Source: Xylella taiwanensis (GTDB lineage Bacteria; Pseudomonadota; Gammaproteobacteria; Xanthomonadales; Xanthomonadaceae). From it: a stretch of DNA of 32,000 nucleotides. The position numbers and the translations under genes were made by a program. The stretch is taken from the NCBI RefSeq assembly GCF_013177435.1, contig NZ_CP053627.1, positions 1,200,001 to 1,232,000 of the forward strand, read 5' to 3'. The notes under the pieces are model-generated. The model did not search any database and had not been told where the DNA came from. It saw nothing but the letters and a program-made list of their open reading frames with translations. This document shows, piece after piece, positions 1-9,300 of this stretch (its first letter is position 1; each line of letters opens with the position of its first letter).

Positions 1-147
1 CGCTTTCAGGGTACATGTACGGCACTTGGAGAGCTTGCATCCTCACGATGTGGTTGCCAGTACCGAAGATGCGTTATCGACCTGATCCATGTTCAATTCA
101 AGATGCATGAAATAGTCCTTTCTGGTTCCCATCACAAGTGCTGTCCT

Positions 148-708
148 ATGATCCGTAAAAACCCGCGGGGAGACCTGCCTGATGTTCACGAAAGTGCTTT
201 CGTTGATCCTACTGCCATCCTATGTGGCTGTGTCATTGTTGAAGCTGGTGTTTTTATTGGCCCGTATGCGGTCATCCGTGCCGACGAGACCACGGCTGAC
301 GGGGAGATTAAGCCGATTCGGATTGGTGTTGGTGCCAACATCCAGGATGGAGTGGTGATCCATTCCAAGTCTGGCGCTGCGGTGACGATCGGTGCACGTA
401 CCTCGATCGCGCATCGGGCGATCGTGCATGGGCCATGTACGGTCGGCGAGCGTGTTTTCATTGGTTTCAACAGTGTGTTGTTCAACTGTGTGGTTGGTGA
501 TGGTTGTGTCGTTCGGCACAACGCGGTGGTCGATGGTTGTGATTTGCCCCCTGGCTTCTACGTACCTTCCACCGAGCGGATTGGGCCAAGTACCGACCTT
601 GGCACAGTGCCGCGAGTCACTGCGGCTGCCTCCGAGTTTTCCGAAGATGTGGTGGAGACTAACCACCGGCTCGTCGAGGGTTATCGCCGGCTGCGCAACG
701 AGTTGTAG
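148..708 (+). CDS. gamma-class carbonic anhydrase-like hexapeptide-repeat (left-handed beta-helix) protein, Cam/CcmM-like
   Basis: The ORF runs 103..708. It shows repeated hexapeptide-type turns (IGVGANIQDGVVIH, IGARTSIAHRAIVHGP, IGFNSVLFNCVVGDG). The His pattern H...HxxxxH (VIHSKS, IAHRAIVHGP) matches that of Cam-type gamma carbonic anhydrases. The C-terminal helix (VVETNHRLVEGYRRL) also resembles Cam/CcmM. I placed the start at the second ATG (MIRKNPRG...) because family N-termini begin there. ATG 103 is equally possible and neither has a clear Shine-Dalgarno (SD). Confidence 0.7.
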   Translation: MIRKNPRGDLPDVHESAFVDPTAILCGCVIVEAGVFIGPYAVIRADETTADGEIKPIRIGVGANIQDGVVIHSKSGAAVTIGARTSIAHRAIVHGPCTVGERVFIGFNSVLFNCVVGDGCVVRHNAVVDGCDLPPGFYVPSTERIGPSTDLGTVPRVTAAASEFSEDVVETNHRLVEGYRRLRNEL

Positions 709-851
709 ACATCGCTTCAGACGGCCTGTTGTTTTCGTGCGCCCGTGATGGTTGGAAATGCAAAAATTTCTACCGTAGGCGGTGCTTTGGGGAACAACTC
801 AGTGTGTGGTCTACGATGTAGGCAAGATGTTCACGTTTATCCTGAAGGCAC

Positions 852-879
852 GAAGCCCCGGTCTTATGACCGAGGCTTC
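852..879. terminator. stem-loop between convergent genes (possible bidirectional terminator hairpin, no U-tract)
   Basis: GAAGCC-C-CGGTC TTAT GACCG-A-GGCTTC gives 11 bp of stem with one C/A mismatch and a 4-nt loop. It lies between the stop of the + strand carbonic anhydrase-like gene (708) and the stop of the - strand RND pump (904). No T-run follows on either strand, so its function is uncertain. Confidence 0.3.
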
Positions 880-903
880 GGAGGCCTGTCCAGGCTGCTA
901 GAA

Positions 904-3900
904 TCAGCGATTTTGAAGGCGTCCGTTGTTTGATTGAGCTTCAAGGTATTGCTTGGATTGCTCATCCAGCTTGTCGCCGAGTATACGTCGTACCACGACG
1001 AAGAACAGCGGGATGAAGATCACCCCGAGGATGGTTGCGAAAGCCATGCCACCGATCACGCCGGTGCCAATCGAATGCCGGGCGTTGGCTCCAGCACCCG
1101 TGGAGATGGCTAGTGGCAACACACCCAAGATGAACGCGAAGGACGTCATCAGGATTGGGCGGAAGCGTAAACGTGCTGCATCGATGGCTGCTTCACGCAA
1201 TGTTTTGCCAACGGCGCGTTGTGCGACGGCGAATTCCACAATCAGAATTGCATTCTTTGCTGCCAGACCGATCACTGTGATCATGCCGATTTTGAAGTAC
1301 AGATCGTTCGGTAAGCCACGAAGCATGGAAAATACGATGGCACCTAATACACCGATTGGTACGACCAGCAGCACAGCTACCGGAATTGACCAACTTTCAT
1401 AAAGTGCTGATAAGCATAAGAACACCACGACGACAGACAGCACCAATAGTAACGTTGCGGCGTTGCCAGCGATGATCTCCTGGTATGACATCCCGCTCCA
1501 GTCAAAGCCAAACCCACGTGGCAAGTCGTTGTTAACGATGCTTTCCAACACATTCATCGCTTGCCCCGATGATGCACCAGGTGCTGTGTTGCCAACAATA
1601 TTGATTGCTGAATAACCGTTATAACGGCTGAGTGATGGCGCTGCGTATACCCAATCCGTCTTGACCACGTTGCTGAGCGGAATCATTGACGGTTGGCCAT
1701 TAGTATCAGTGGCTGAATTGCTGGGTGTGTAGAAGTTGCGTAGCGAATCAGGGCTGGTGCGATAAGTGTCGTCGGCACGCATGTTGACGCGTTTAATGCG
1801 GCCTTCCGAGAAGTAATCGTTCACGTAGGTTGGAGCCAGCATTAGTTGGATCGCTGTGTAGATATCGCTGGTTGACAGGCCCATCGATTCTGCCTGCACG
1901 CGATCAACAGTCAATTGCAGCTGAGGAGAGTTTTCCAGCCCGTTCGGGCGCACGCCGATCATCACGTTCTGGTGTTGCGCGGCCTTGCCAAGTAGCAGAT
2001 TACGTGCTTGGGTCAGTGCTTCTTGGCCGGTACCAGTCCGGTCTTGCAGCCACATATCGAAGCCACCGAACTGTCCAAGCCCTTGCACGGTGGGAAGGTT
2101 GACCACGAATATCTGGGCTCCTTTGATGCCGTAGAACATACCGTTAAGCTGCTGAATGAGTTGATCGGCCGTCTCATGACGCTCATCCCATGGTTTTAAT
2201 CGGATGAAGCCCATTCCCACGTTTTCACCCGAGCCAACGAAACTGAAGCCAGTGATCTGCATGAGTCCTTCGATGGCTGGTATCTTCTCCAGTATGGTGC
2301 GCATCTGAGCGAATACTTCGTTCGTACGCGCCTTGGTGGCGCCCGGGGGCAGCTGTACAATGGCCAGCGCGAAGCCTTGGTCCTCCTCAGGTAGAAAACT
2401 TGTGGGCATCCTTGTGAATAAAAAGCCACAGAGCACCACGAGCACTGCAAACAGTGCTGTCCAACGTGGAGTACGCTTGAGCGTGTTGCTGATCAGACCG
2501 ACATAGCGATGTGAGAGTTTGTCGTAGTACTTGTCAAAGATACGGAATATCCAGTTTTTCTTTTGCCCATGGGTGGACTTTAGAAACGCTGCACACAGTG
2601 CAGGCGTGAAGCTTAGTGCTAGGAATGCTGAAAAACCCATTGACATAGCGATCGTCAGTGCGAACTGCTTGTAAATCGCCCCGGCTGCGCCCGGTTGCAT
2701 CGCGGTAGGGATGAACACGGCTGTTAACACAATGCTGATGGCCACTACTGCGCCGGTGATTTGTGTCATCGCCTTCTGCGTGGCGGCTTTGGGCTCCAGA
2801 TGTTCTTCGGTCATAATGCGCTCGACGTTCTCGATCACGACGATCGCATCGTCGACCACGATGCCGATGGCTAGCACCATTGCAAATAGGGTGAGTTGGT
2901 TGATCGTGAATCCGATCGCCAACATACCTGCGAAGGTGCCGAGCAGCGCGACCGGAATCACCAGCGTCGGGATGATCGTCGCACGGAAGTTCTGCAGAAA
3001 GATCAGCATTACAAGGAATACCAAGACAATCGCTTCGGCTAGTGTCTTCACCACTTCCTTGATCGATATCTTGACAAAAGTGGTGCTTTCATAAGGGGTG
3101 AACCAGGTGACGCCTTGCGGGAACGTGCTTTGCAGCTCGTCCATTTTGGTACGTATTCTCTCGACCACCTTCAACGCGTTGGCACCAGGTAGCAGCTGTA
3201 CACCAAAGGCACCAGCGGGTTGACCGTTGTACTGGGAGTCAAGCCCATAGTTTTGTGTGCCGATCTTGACTCGCGCTACGTCTTTCAGCCGTACCGTGCT
3301 GCCGTCATTATTAGTGCGTAGGATGATGTTCTCGAATTGTTCAGGTGTGCTGAAGCGGCCCTTCGTGGTGACGGTGGTGGTGAATTTTTGGTCGGTCGGT
3401 GCTGGGTCGGCCCCGATTGAGCCGGCAGCGAATTGCACGTTCTGGTTTCTGATCGCGTTGTACACTTGGCTTGCTGACAGGTGGTAGCCCTGTAGTTTTT
3501 CTGGATTCAACCAGATATTCATGGCGTACTCTGCACCGAACTGATTGGTGCTGCCGACGCCAGGGACACGTGAGATCTGCTCAAGCACGTGTGAGCCCAC
3601 AAGGTCGTTTAATGCGTCGCGGTCGAACGCAGGGTTGTCTGAGCGTAATGCCCCCACCATCAGGAAGCCCGCGTTAGCCTTAGCCACCACGACGCCTTGT
3701 TGGGTGACTTCGGTGGGAAGGCGAGGAGTGGCCAGCGACACCTTATTTTGGACCTGTACCTGGGCGATATCTGGGTTGGTACCGGTTTCAAAAGTGAGTG
3801 TGATCGTGGCCTGACCATTGGAGGCCGAGGAGGAACTGAAGTACAGCAGGTGATCAATGCCGGTCAGTTGTTGTTCGATCACTTGAGTGACTGACTTTTC

Positions 3901-4071
3901 TAGTGTGTCGGCACTAGCACCAGGATAATTAGCAGTGATGGTCACCTGTGGCGGAGCGATGCTCGGGTAGGATTCAATGCCGAGGTTGAAGATCGAGATC
4001 ACACCCGCAAGTGAGATCAGGATCGCCACCACCCAGGCGAAGATTGGGTGCTCAATGAAAAATTTTGGCAT
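904..4071 (-). CDS. acrB: RND (HAE1 family) multidrug efflux inner-membrane transporter, AcrB/MexB-like
   Basis: The 1055-aa ORF has a typical AcrB N-terminus (MPKFFIEHPIFAWVVAILISLAG). It has a two-fold repeated architecture of large periplasmic loops and TM bundles, with conserved TM4-type VVDDAIVVIENVER. It starts 15 bp downstream of the membrane-fusion gene. Confidence 0.93.
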   Translation of the reverse strand: MPKFFIEHPIFAWVVAILISLAGVISIFNLGIESYPSIAPPQVTITANYPGASADTLEKSVTQVIEQQLTGIDHLLYFSSSSASNGQATITLTFETGTNPDIAQVQVQNKVSLATPRLPTEVTQQGVVVAKANAGFLMVGALRSDNPAFDRDALNDLVGSHVLEQISRVPGVGSTNQFGAEYAMNIWLNPEKLQGYHLSASQVYNAIRNQNVQFAAGSIGADPAPTDQKFTTTVTTKGRFSTPEQFENIILRTNNDGSTVRLKDVARVKIGTQNYGLDSQYNGQPAGAFGVQLLPGANALKVVERIRTKMDELQSTFPQGVTWFTPYESTTFVKISIKEVVKTLAEAIVLVFLVMLIFLQNFRATIIPTLVIPVALLGTFAGMLAIGFTINQLTLFAMVLAIGIVVDDAIVVIENVERIMTEEHLEPKAATQKAMTQITGAVVAISIVLTAVFIPTAMQPGAAGAIYKQFALTIAMSMGFSAFLALSFTPALCAAFLKSTHGQKKNWIFRIFDKYYDKLSHRYVGLISNTLKRTPRWTALFAVLVVLCGFLFTRMPTSFLPEEDQGFALAIVQLPPGATKARTNEVFAQMRTILEKIPAIEGLMQITGFSFVGSGENVGMGFIRLKPWDERHETADQLIQQLNGMFYGIKGAQIFVVNLPTVQGLGQFGGFDMWLQDRTGTGQEALTQARNLLLGKAAQHQNVMIGVRPNGLENSPQLQLTVDRVQAESMGLSTSDIYTAIQLMLAPTYVNDYFSEGRIKRVNMRADDTYRTSPDSLRNFYTPSNSATDTNGQPSMIPLSNVVKTDWVYAAPSLSRYNGYSAINIVGNTAPGASSGQAMNVLESIVNNDLPRGFGFDWSGMSYQEIIAGNAATLLLVLSVVVVFLCLSALYESWSIPVAVLLVVPIGVLGAIVFSMLRGLPNDLYFKIGMITVIGLAAKNAILIVEFAVAQRAVGKTLREAAIDAARLRFRPILMTSFAFILGVLPLAISTGAGANARHSIGTGVIGGMAFATILGVIFIPLFFVVVRRILGDKLDEQSKQYLEAQSNNGRLQNR

Positions 4072-4085
4072 GGTGGGCGCGTCCG

Positions 4086-5279
4086 TTACTGTTCGGTTTT
4101 AGCGGCGTTAGTTGGCTTGTTGGCTTGTGCGTGAGAGGTGTTGGGATTAAATGCACTTGGTTTCCAGGGTGTGCTCTTGGCCGGAATACCTTCTTTGACC
4201 TTCTGGATGCCGTCGACGATCACTTGATCTCCGGTGCTTAGTCCCGCGGTGATCAGCCACTGGCCATTTTGCAGCCCGGTAGTGGTCACGTTCTTGCGCA
4301 TGACCTTGCCGTCTTTGCCGATCACGAGTACGTAGGCACCGGTAGTGTCACGTTGCACCGATGTGCCGGGCAGCAGGATCGTATTGCTGCGCTGGCCGAG
4401 GGTGGCTTTGAATGTGACAAAGGCGCCTGGTAGTAGCAGGTGATCGGAATTTGGCAGCACCGCGCGCAGTGACACTGTACCGGTGCGAGGATCGACGGTC
4501 GCTCCGGAGAAATCCAATGTCCCTGAGTGTGCATATTTGCTGCCGTCGCTAAGTAGCACGTCGACAGTGGATGTACCGCCGCTGCTCAATTGCACACTTC
4601 CCTGGTGCTGCGCTTGGCGCAGCTGCAACAACTCGTCATTGCTGATTGAGAAGTTCACGTACAGCGGATCGATTTGATCAACGGTGGTCAGCAGGGTACT
4701 GCTCCCAGAGCCAACGAGAGCTCCTTCAGTGACTTGCTGTTGGCCAGCCCGACCGCTGATTGGGGCAGTCACGTTGGCGTAGCTGAGGTTGATTCGTGCA
4801 CTTTCCACTGCGGCACGGGCTTGTTGGACACTGGCGGCGGCAGTGCGCTCTGTGGCCTCCGCATTGTCCACATCCGAGCGTGAGACGTACTGTTCCGGCG
4901 ACAAGCGGCGGGCACGGTCAGCGACGATCTTGGCATTTTTGTAAGTGGCTTCGGCTGCGGTTAAACGACCTTGTGCTTCAGACAGTACGGCCTTAAAGGG
5001 TGCCGGGTCGATTTGGAACAGCGGCTGGCCCTCTTTCACTTCGGTGCCTTCGGTGTATATCCGCTTTTGCAATACTCCAGCCACGCGTGCACGTACGTCT
5101 GCAGAGCGGTAGGCTGATAGACGTCCGACTAAATCAAGTTGTATTGGGGTTGTTTGCGGCTTCGCTTCGACGATACCAACTTCCGGCGTTGGCATCTGCG
5201 GCTGTGCCGGCTTGCTGCATGCGGTCAGTGCTAGCAAGACAGTGCAGGCCAAGCCGAGTACGCGGGACGGGACAGTCAT
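4086..5279 (-). CDS. acrA: RND efflux membrane-fusion (periplasmic adaptor) lipoprotein, AcrA/MexA-like
   Basis: The track ORF is 4086..5594 (502 aa). Homology-like sequence begins at the internal Met 5279 with a lipoprotein signal, MTVPSRVLGLACTVLLALTAC (lipobox LTAC). This is followed by typical adaptor segments (VGRLSAYRSADVRARVAGVL, coiled-coil hairpin, beta-barrel). The 105 upstream codons look non-coding. Confidence 0.87.
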   Translation of the reverse strand: MTVPSRVLGLACTVLLALTACSKPAQPQMPTPEVGIVEAKPQTTPIQLDLVGRLSAYRSADVRARVAGVLQKRIYTEGTEVKEGQPLFQIDPAPFKAVLSEAQGRLTAAEATYKNAKIVADRARRLSPEQYVSRSDVDNAEATERTAAASVQQARAAVESARINLSYANVTAPISGRAGQQQVTEGALVGSGSSTLLTTVDQIDPLYVNFSISNDELLQLRQAQHQGSVQLSSGGTSTVDVLLSDGSKYAHSGTLDFSGATVDPRTGTVSLRAVLPNSDHLLLPGAFVTFKATLGQRSNTILLPGTSVQRDTTGAYVLVIGKDGKVMRKNVTTTGLQNGQWLITAGLSTGDQVIVDGIQKVKEGIPAKSTPWKPSAFNPNTSHAQANKPTNAAKTEQ

Positions 5280-5583
5280 CGGGAGTGGCTCCGAGGTTGT
5301 GAGTTGATCTGAAACTAAAATATGCGATGGTTGTTGCAGACACGTGGTGTTTATGTATTGCATGCTTTGCAAACCATCTCCGGTTGTATTGTGGTGACCT
5401 TGAGGTGGGGTGCTTCCCAGGCAGGGCCGTTCTGAAGTAATGCTCCAAACGATAGCGTATTGGCATTCATGAGTGCGGTCATTAGGAGCGCTGCCTTGTG
5501 GTGTGTTTATGGCTCTAACCGAATATGTGGTAGAGCATCTGAATTGGTAGACACTGATCCTGAAGTGTTCAATGCCCTCCGGG

Positions 5584-5716
5584 GTCAGATTCAAGCGGTC
5601 TCACTGAGCAACTATACCTCTCAGTTTGATTTCATATAGCCCTTGACGCGGTTTCATATCTGTGTACACGCCGTTCTCTTCGCTGCGATGGGGGTACCTT
5701 TTGTGTCAGATTCAAG
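5584..5716. repeat. exact 12-nt direct repeat GTCAGATTCAAG (5584-5595 and 5705-5716) upstream of acrA
   Basis: Both copies were read directly from the sequence, 121 bp apart, in the 1 kb ORF-poor region upstream of the acrAB operon. Significance is unknown. Confidence 0.5.
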
Positions 5717-6322
5717 TTTATTAAGGTGTCCATGACGTGGGAATCATTATCGCGTTGAGAGCGTGTTGCGAATTTATGAACCAGTTGGGGGATAGATGCG
5801 GATGGCTTTCTAAAATCCAAGTCTTCCCAGCGTTTCGTATTCGTAGTTGAAGAATGTGCTTTTTTCTCGAATCTTGATGCTGCTGATCGATGGCAGCCAT
5901 CTGTAAACCTATTCACATGCCGATGATGATGGCGGCATCCGTAAGCGGAGCAGCAAGGTAGAGATGATGTTGTTGGATATAGCGGCGCTCACGCAGGTTG
6001 CGCTGGTCATGTCTGGCAGCGTGTAAGAGCCCGCTCGCATACTTTCGCTGGTGGGGCAAGCACATCTCGTTATGGCCCAGATAGGTGAAGGTGGGCTTGG
6101 TGGATCATGATGACATATGGTCGATGCCAGCATAGCAAGCGTGGAAAGCAAAAACGGTACTTTCCGGTGATGACCTGTGTCGCTGCCAGGACGCTCTGTT
6201 TACGCGTCTTGATGCTCAGCGACACAGCACGGCATTTTAATCCGTATCCCGTGTATGCAGAAAGCAGTCTAACCTGCTCCCGTTACAATAGATATTGATC
6301 AACAAGCATGTGCGACTGAGTC

Positions 6323-9300
6323 ATGGCCTCCAAGAAGTCTTTATCAACATCGGTCAAAGGATCTTCCAAGACTCCTGCTAAGCGATCGGTGGTTGGCGAT
6401 GTTGAGCCGGGTTGCATGGTTAACCTGGAGTCTGTGTTCGCAGTATTGCGTGAGCGGTGTCCGGTGTCCAAGCAATCCGAGGTGCAGCGATTCGGAGCCA
6501 GTTTCTACCGCAGCATGGAAGTGGACGAATTCACCAGGCATACGCCGCAACAGTGGGCTGCATTGGCCATGGACATGCTGGAGTTTGCTCGCGTACGCAG
6601 GATTGGCATGGTGAACGTGCGTGTGTACAAACCCACTTCCAATGCTAACGGTTGGGGCAGCTGCCACACCATGCTGCAGGTTGTCAACGACGACATGCCG
6701 TTCCTGGTAGATACGATCATCATGATTTTGACTGAGCTTGGCATTGGTGTGCATTTGCTCTTTCATCCGGTGATCCACTTGACTCGCGACAAGGAAGACA
6801 GGCTGATCACGGTTGGTGAGGGCAACGCCGAGTCGCTGATGTTGCTGGAGATCGACCGCCAGTCTACTGAGCAGATGGCAGTGATCGAGACGGCAATACG
6901 TAATGCAATGGACCAGGTTCGCGCAGTGGTGACCGACTGGGGCGCGATGCGTGAGCAAATGGTGAGATTGGCCGGTGATGTGGCCATGCGTTATGTGCCG
7001 AATGAGGCGCTGAGGCATGAGATGCAGGCATTTTTGCGCTGGCTGGCGGCAGATCACTTTATCTTCTTCGGTTACCGTGAATATAGAGTTGAGCAGCACG
7101 GCGAAGCAGTCGTATTGGTATCGTTGCAGGACACTGCTTTGGGACTGATGCGTGGCCGTGATGTATCGCCGCCACGCTCGATTGCGAGTTTTGCTGCCTA
7201 CGGGTTGAGTCAATCTGCAGGCCACCATGAGCCACTGATCCTGACCAAGACCAATGCACGCTCACCGGTGCATCGTACTGGCCATATGGATTACATCGGT
7301 GTACTGCAGTTCGATGCCGAAGGCAGGATGATCGGTGAGCGGCGCTTCCTGGGTTTGTTTACCTCCAGTGCCTATTATTGCCGCCCATGGGAGATCCCGT
7401 TCGTTCGCCAGCGCTACGAATACGTGATGAGTAGGTCGGGCCTGATGTTGAACAGTCATAGCGGCAAGGCGCTGCGCCACATTCTGGAGATGCTCCCGCG
7501 TGAGGAGCTGTTTCAGTCCGATGATGAGGCGCTGTATCGCACTGCAATGGGCATCCTCGGTTTACAGGATCGGGTGCGCAGCCGCTTATTCTTGCGCCGT
7601 GACAAGTACAAGCGTTTTATCTCAGCACTGGTTTATGTTCCGCGCGAGCATTTCAATCAGGATGTGCGTTTGCGTATCGAGGCGTTGCTGAAGGACGTCT
7701 TGCAGGGCGAATACATCGATTCTTCAATGGTAGTGAGTGAGTTGTCGCCATTGGCGCAGTTGCATCTCATCGTGAGGTCTCAAAGTGGCCATACGCTGGA
7801 ACCAGACATCCGGGCATTGGAAGAGCGCGTGGCACATTTGCTGCGTAACGGGCAAGACGCGCTACGCGAGGTACTGGTGACACGTCATGGTGAGGATGTC
7901 GGCTTGCGCATGGCGGCCCTCTATGGCCGTGCGTTGCCCGCGGGTTACTTGGAAGAGTCTTCTATCGAGTCTGCGGCAGTGGATGTCGAGCACGTGGCGG
8001 CATTGCATGGCCCTGACGATCTGCGTCTGAGCTTGCATGTCTTGCCGTGTTCCGGTTCGCCAGGGCTGCGTTTGAAGCTATACCGTCAGTTGGACGGTAT
8101 CCCGCTCTCCGATGTGTTACCGATGATGGAGAACTTGGGATTACGTGTGATTTCCGAACGGCCATACCGTTTGCAGATTGGGTCGGTTCCAATATGCATC
8201 CAGGATTTCGAAATCAAATCTGCTGTCGGCACCATTGATATAGCCGCAGTGGGCGTGCTTTTCGTTGAGGCGTTCGTTCAGATCTGGAACGGCCATGCCG
8301 AAAACGACGGCTTTAACAGCTTAGTGCTTGCCGCCGGTCTGCATTGGCGTCAGGTGGCGCTGCTGCGCGGCTACTGTAAATACCTTCTGCAAACGGGTGT
8401 GCCGTTCTCACAAAGTTACGTTGAAGTGACTTTTGCCCACTACCCACTGTTGGCGAGATTGCTGGTGGAACTGTTCGAGGCCCGTTTCAACCCGGCCATT
8501 GATGATGCGGCCAAATCCTGGATCGACCAAGATCAATCGCAGCGACGTGCCCGGTTGACGGCATTGACTGGTGATGATGAGGCTGCTTTGAAGGTATTGC
8601 AGCCAGTGCTTGAAGCATGTTTCAGCAGTCGTGGTGTATATCGAGATGCTATCCACGATGTGCTGCTGAAGCTGATGGACCGTGTCTCCAATTTGGACGA
8701 AGACCGTATCTTGCGCAGTTTCATCGGTGTGATCGATGCGACTTTGCGTACCAACTATTATCAAACCGGTAAGGATGGCCAGCCGGGTCCCTGTATCAGC
8801 TTCAAGTTCGATTCCACTCAGGTGCCGGATTTGCCTAAGCCGCGCCCATACCGTGAAATTTTTGTCTACGGCCCGCGTGTGGAAGGCGTTCACCTGCGTT
8901 TTGGTCCGGTCGCTCGTGGTGGTGTGCGGTGGTCTGATCGGCGTGAAGATTTCCGCACAGAGGTACTTGGCCTGGTCAAAGCGCAGATGGTGAAGAACAC
9001 GGTTATTGTCCCAGTGGGTGCCAAGGGAGGGTTCTTCGTGAAGTGCCTGCCATCCGTTGCGGATCGCGATGCGATCCAGGCTGAAGGCATCGCATGTTAC
9101 ACCCTGTTTATCCAGTGTCTGCTGGATATGACCGACAACATGATTGGCGGTAAGATCGTGCCGCCAGCGCAGGTGGTGCGTTACGATCAGGATGACCCGT
9201 ATCTGGTGGTTGCGGCCGACAAAGGCACTGCAACGTTTTCCGATATCGCCAATCGTTTGGCGTTGGACCACGGTTTTTGGTTGGGTGATGCGTTTGCCTC

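Noticed and set aside
5280-5594. A 105-codon N-terminal extension of the acrA ORF (the track ORF is 502 aa).
   Set aside because: The extension has junk-like composition. A perfect lipoprotein signal peptide with a lipobox starts at the internal Met (5279), which gives a normal adaptor of about 398 aa.
5527-5600. A tRNA-like fragment (GTGGTAGAGCATCTGAATTGGTAGAC ... GGGGTCAGATTCAAGCGG) upstream of acrA.
   Set aside because: GGTAGAGCA resembles a D-arm/anticodon-stem junction, but no acceptor stem, anticodon loop or GGTTCGAATCC-type T-arm can be assembled. At most this is a decayed relic.
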